A stretch of 64,000 bases of DNA from Chiloscyllium plagiosum (Eukaryota). Every line of letters starts with the position of its first letter. The first letter of the stretch is position 1. The stretch is from the NCBI RefSeq assembly GCF_004010195.1, contig NC_057718.1, positions 5,933,110 through 5,997,109 on the forward strand, given 5' to 3'. Positions 61,381 to 64,000 of this stretch are shown piece after piece. A program made the translations under genes and the position numbers. Below the pieces are notes generated by a model that searched no databases, was not told the origin of the DNA, and worked only from the letters and a program-made list of their open reading frames with translations.

Positions 61381-63754
61381 TTTGAGGGTATCACAGGACA
61401 CAACCAACTTACTCAGCCTAAGTCAAGAGTTAAACTGACTGTCATTATGATAAAAGTCATCTTTTCTTCCAGACTTAACTTTGGCACCAATTCGAGCCAT
61501 TACACCAACGATGTGATTGTAAGTGAATTAAGTGGAAGTGGCTGATCAGAAAGATATCAGAACCCACTGTACAACAGTGTGGCCATTACTGAAGCTGGAC
61601 ATCACATGATGAGAAACCTTGCAGACTAGATTAAGCAGACATCATGATGATAATGGAGCATCCTTATTGTATATTTCTCATGCAGCAACTCCAGGAATAT
61701 TCTTTTTTTCTGTTGTAAAGTTACAAATGCCAATATTTCAAGCTTTTTCCTCCTCTGGGATGGTTATCAAATGTGGTGTAGGGAACATGCTTGGGTTTTG
61801 AAATGAGGGATTGATAGATCCCTCATCTCCGGTCCTCAACTCTCTGAAAAAAATCTGCTTCAAAGTTGAAAAGTTGAAAGCGCAGATGGAAACTCTGAAC
61901 CGAGTTAATAATTGTTGGATTTAGTGGCCCAGGGAGAGAGATTACACTTTTTTCCAATGCTTATGAATGCTTTTCTCATATCAATTGCGCTTTCCATGAT
62001 AAGTTGTCAAATAATAAATGTTGACTTATAAAAATAGGAAATTAGAAGGTAGTCAGTGGGACTATCACATTCAAGGAATGATTGTAGAAATGATTCAGGG
62101 GAGTTTCCCTGAAGTAGATATGACAAATAGGTTCAAGGGAGTACTAGATATCTCCTGAAGACAACGCATTGAAGGATTTGGCTGGTGATTTGCAGACAGC
62201 CATCTGATCTATAAAACTGGACTGACTCATTGGTTTTAATAGCCTCTACTTATCCTTGAAAAAATTCTTCTCTTCTTCCAAAAATTACAATGACGAGAGT
62301 AGACTTCAGTCTGTCCGGGGAAACTGCATAACAGCGCTAGATGATATCCAAAACTAGCATCTGATAGCCCTCTCAAATCTTACCTCCAAACTCTCTCCAG
62401 CACACCCCCTCTCATCTTTAATTATGCTGCTTATAAGTTATTGTATAAAGTATTTAACATGTATTTTTCTGCATTAGACAGTACTGCTCCAACCACAAAG
62501 GAGATAGTTGTGATTCTTGAGGGTCAATTATCTTAGTCTCAAATCATCTCGTAGGCATTCCCTTAGGGTAGTGTCCTAGGCCCAACCATTTTCAGCTTCT
62601 TCGTCTATGGTCTTGCCTCCATTGTAAGGTCAGGAGTGGGAATCTCCACCGCCGATTGCATAACTCTCAGTAATGATAACTATGATGCCTATCACTAGTT
62701 GTGAAAACCATCTGAATCACTAATATTCTTTAGGAGTGGAAATTTATCGAATCAGTCATGAAAGCAACAAAAGGAAGAGGGCATGGATTTAAAGCGTTAG
62801 CAAACAAATCAAGGGAGTTATGAGTACAAGCTTTTTCAGACAGCGAGTAGAGACAGTCTGGAATGAACTGCCAGGAATGTATTGATGGAGATTGATTCAT
62901 GTGAGGCACTGAAGAGGATATTTAATGATTATTTGGATAGAAAGTTGTGCAGGGGAGAAAGATGGAGGAAAGGCAGGGGATTGGCATTAAGTGCTGGCAC
63001 AATGGGCCAAATGGCTTATTCTGCACAATTCTGTAATGCTATTGTTCTAACCTGGTCTGGGGCCTAAATATATAAAAGCCAGATCCGCAGGAATATGTTT
63101 GATTCTTAACAGTTCTTTGCACTGGCCAGTAAGTCATTCAGTTGAGGAGCAATTAGGGATTGGCAAAAAATGGTGGCCTTGCCAGGGACACTCATAATAC
63201 CTTAAATATTATAAACACAATAACATAGCGCTTCCCAAAAATAATCGATATATCCCTTGTCCTTGAAAGCCTTTTTGAAATGATTCATCATTTGTCATAA
63301 TCAAATTTGACCATTGTTTAATCAAATTGCTCCAAATTTTCGTTCTCTCAAATACTAAGCCCAGTACAGCCATATTGAATTATGACATGATGAAATTCAA
63401 AAGCTGGATAGAAACATGCTCTTAAAATGGCTGTCGCAAATTCATGTGACGTTTGGTGTTTACACTGCAGGCAGTATGAAGGCTCTGGATAGTGGTCTCT
63501 GTGCAGTTATTCCAGCCACTGTGATATAACAAGAAACAGATGGAGACAATCGAGTTCCAAACTTTTCCATTGTCCAGTATTGAGACAAGGAGACTGCAAA
63601 CTTCAAAGTCTTCAGGTATTCTCCCAACTTTAAACAGTGGGACAAGTGAATTCTATAGATGGATGGGGTTTGAATCCTGCTATATCAGATGGTGATATTT
63701 AATTCTGTACAATCTAGAATAGAGAGCTGGCCTAAAGTATAGAATCAAACAGTA

Positions 63755-63937
63755 CCTTCTACACTATCCATAGAATCCCTATTCGGCCCAACAAGTCCCC
63801 ATCGACCCTCCGATGAGCATCCCAGCATCCCTTATCTCATCCCTGTAATCCCTCACTTCCCATGGCTAACCCACATCGCCCGCACATCCATGGACATTAT
63901 GAGGCAATTTAACATGGTCAATCCACCAACCTTCACC
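63755..63937 (-). mobile_element. HE1 SINE 3' part
   Basis: atagaatccct..ccgatgagcatcccag..ggcaatttaacatggtcaatccacc. Confidence 0.7.
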
Positions 63938-64000
63938 TGGTTGGTGAGTGGGGCACGTTTTGGTGAAAGTGACCATAACTCAATAAGATTTCAGGTAGTT

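Noticed and set aside
27589..61518. Other AG..GT micro-exon candidates (27589-27621 minus, 45115-45157 minus, 60080-60167 minus, 61473-61518 plus)
   Set aside because: Phase-incompatible at their position, contain stops, or are isolated; expected by chance.

Overview
Repeat-rich, non-microbial vertebrate DNA, most likely from a shark. This is inferred from recalled similarity to HE1 V-SINEs, Deu/SacSINE-like SINEs and shark-type CR1 LINEs; no database search was possible. Most of the window is decayed, nested transposable elements: many CR1 LINEs (one near full length at ~48880-53880), Penelope-like elements (RT plus GIY-YIG), a Ty3/Gypsy LTR retrotransposon (~29039-33337), solo LTRs, Rex1/Babar and Tx1 fragments, and several SINE families. 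No TE ORF is intact. Two things are not shown by the ORF track. (1) At least a dozen minimal type-I hammerhead ribozyme motifs (CUGANGA, one extra nucleotide, helix II, GAAAC-GUH) occur in four sequence families. They sit in Penelope pseudo-LTRs and in short (~90-160 bp) non-coding mobile units with 15-bp target-site duplications, and several are in head-to-head palindromes. (2) Six small, phase-compatible candidate exons on the minus strand (47155 to 4794) splice into the C-terminal ~145 aa of a protein I cannot identify. If real, most of the window is intronic sequence at the 3' end of a large host gene. Boundaries of old repeats are approximate.
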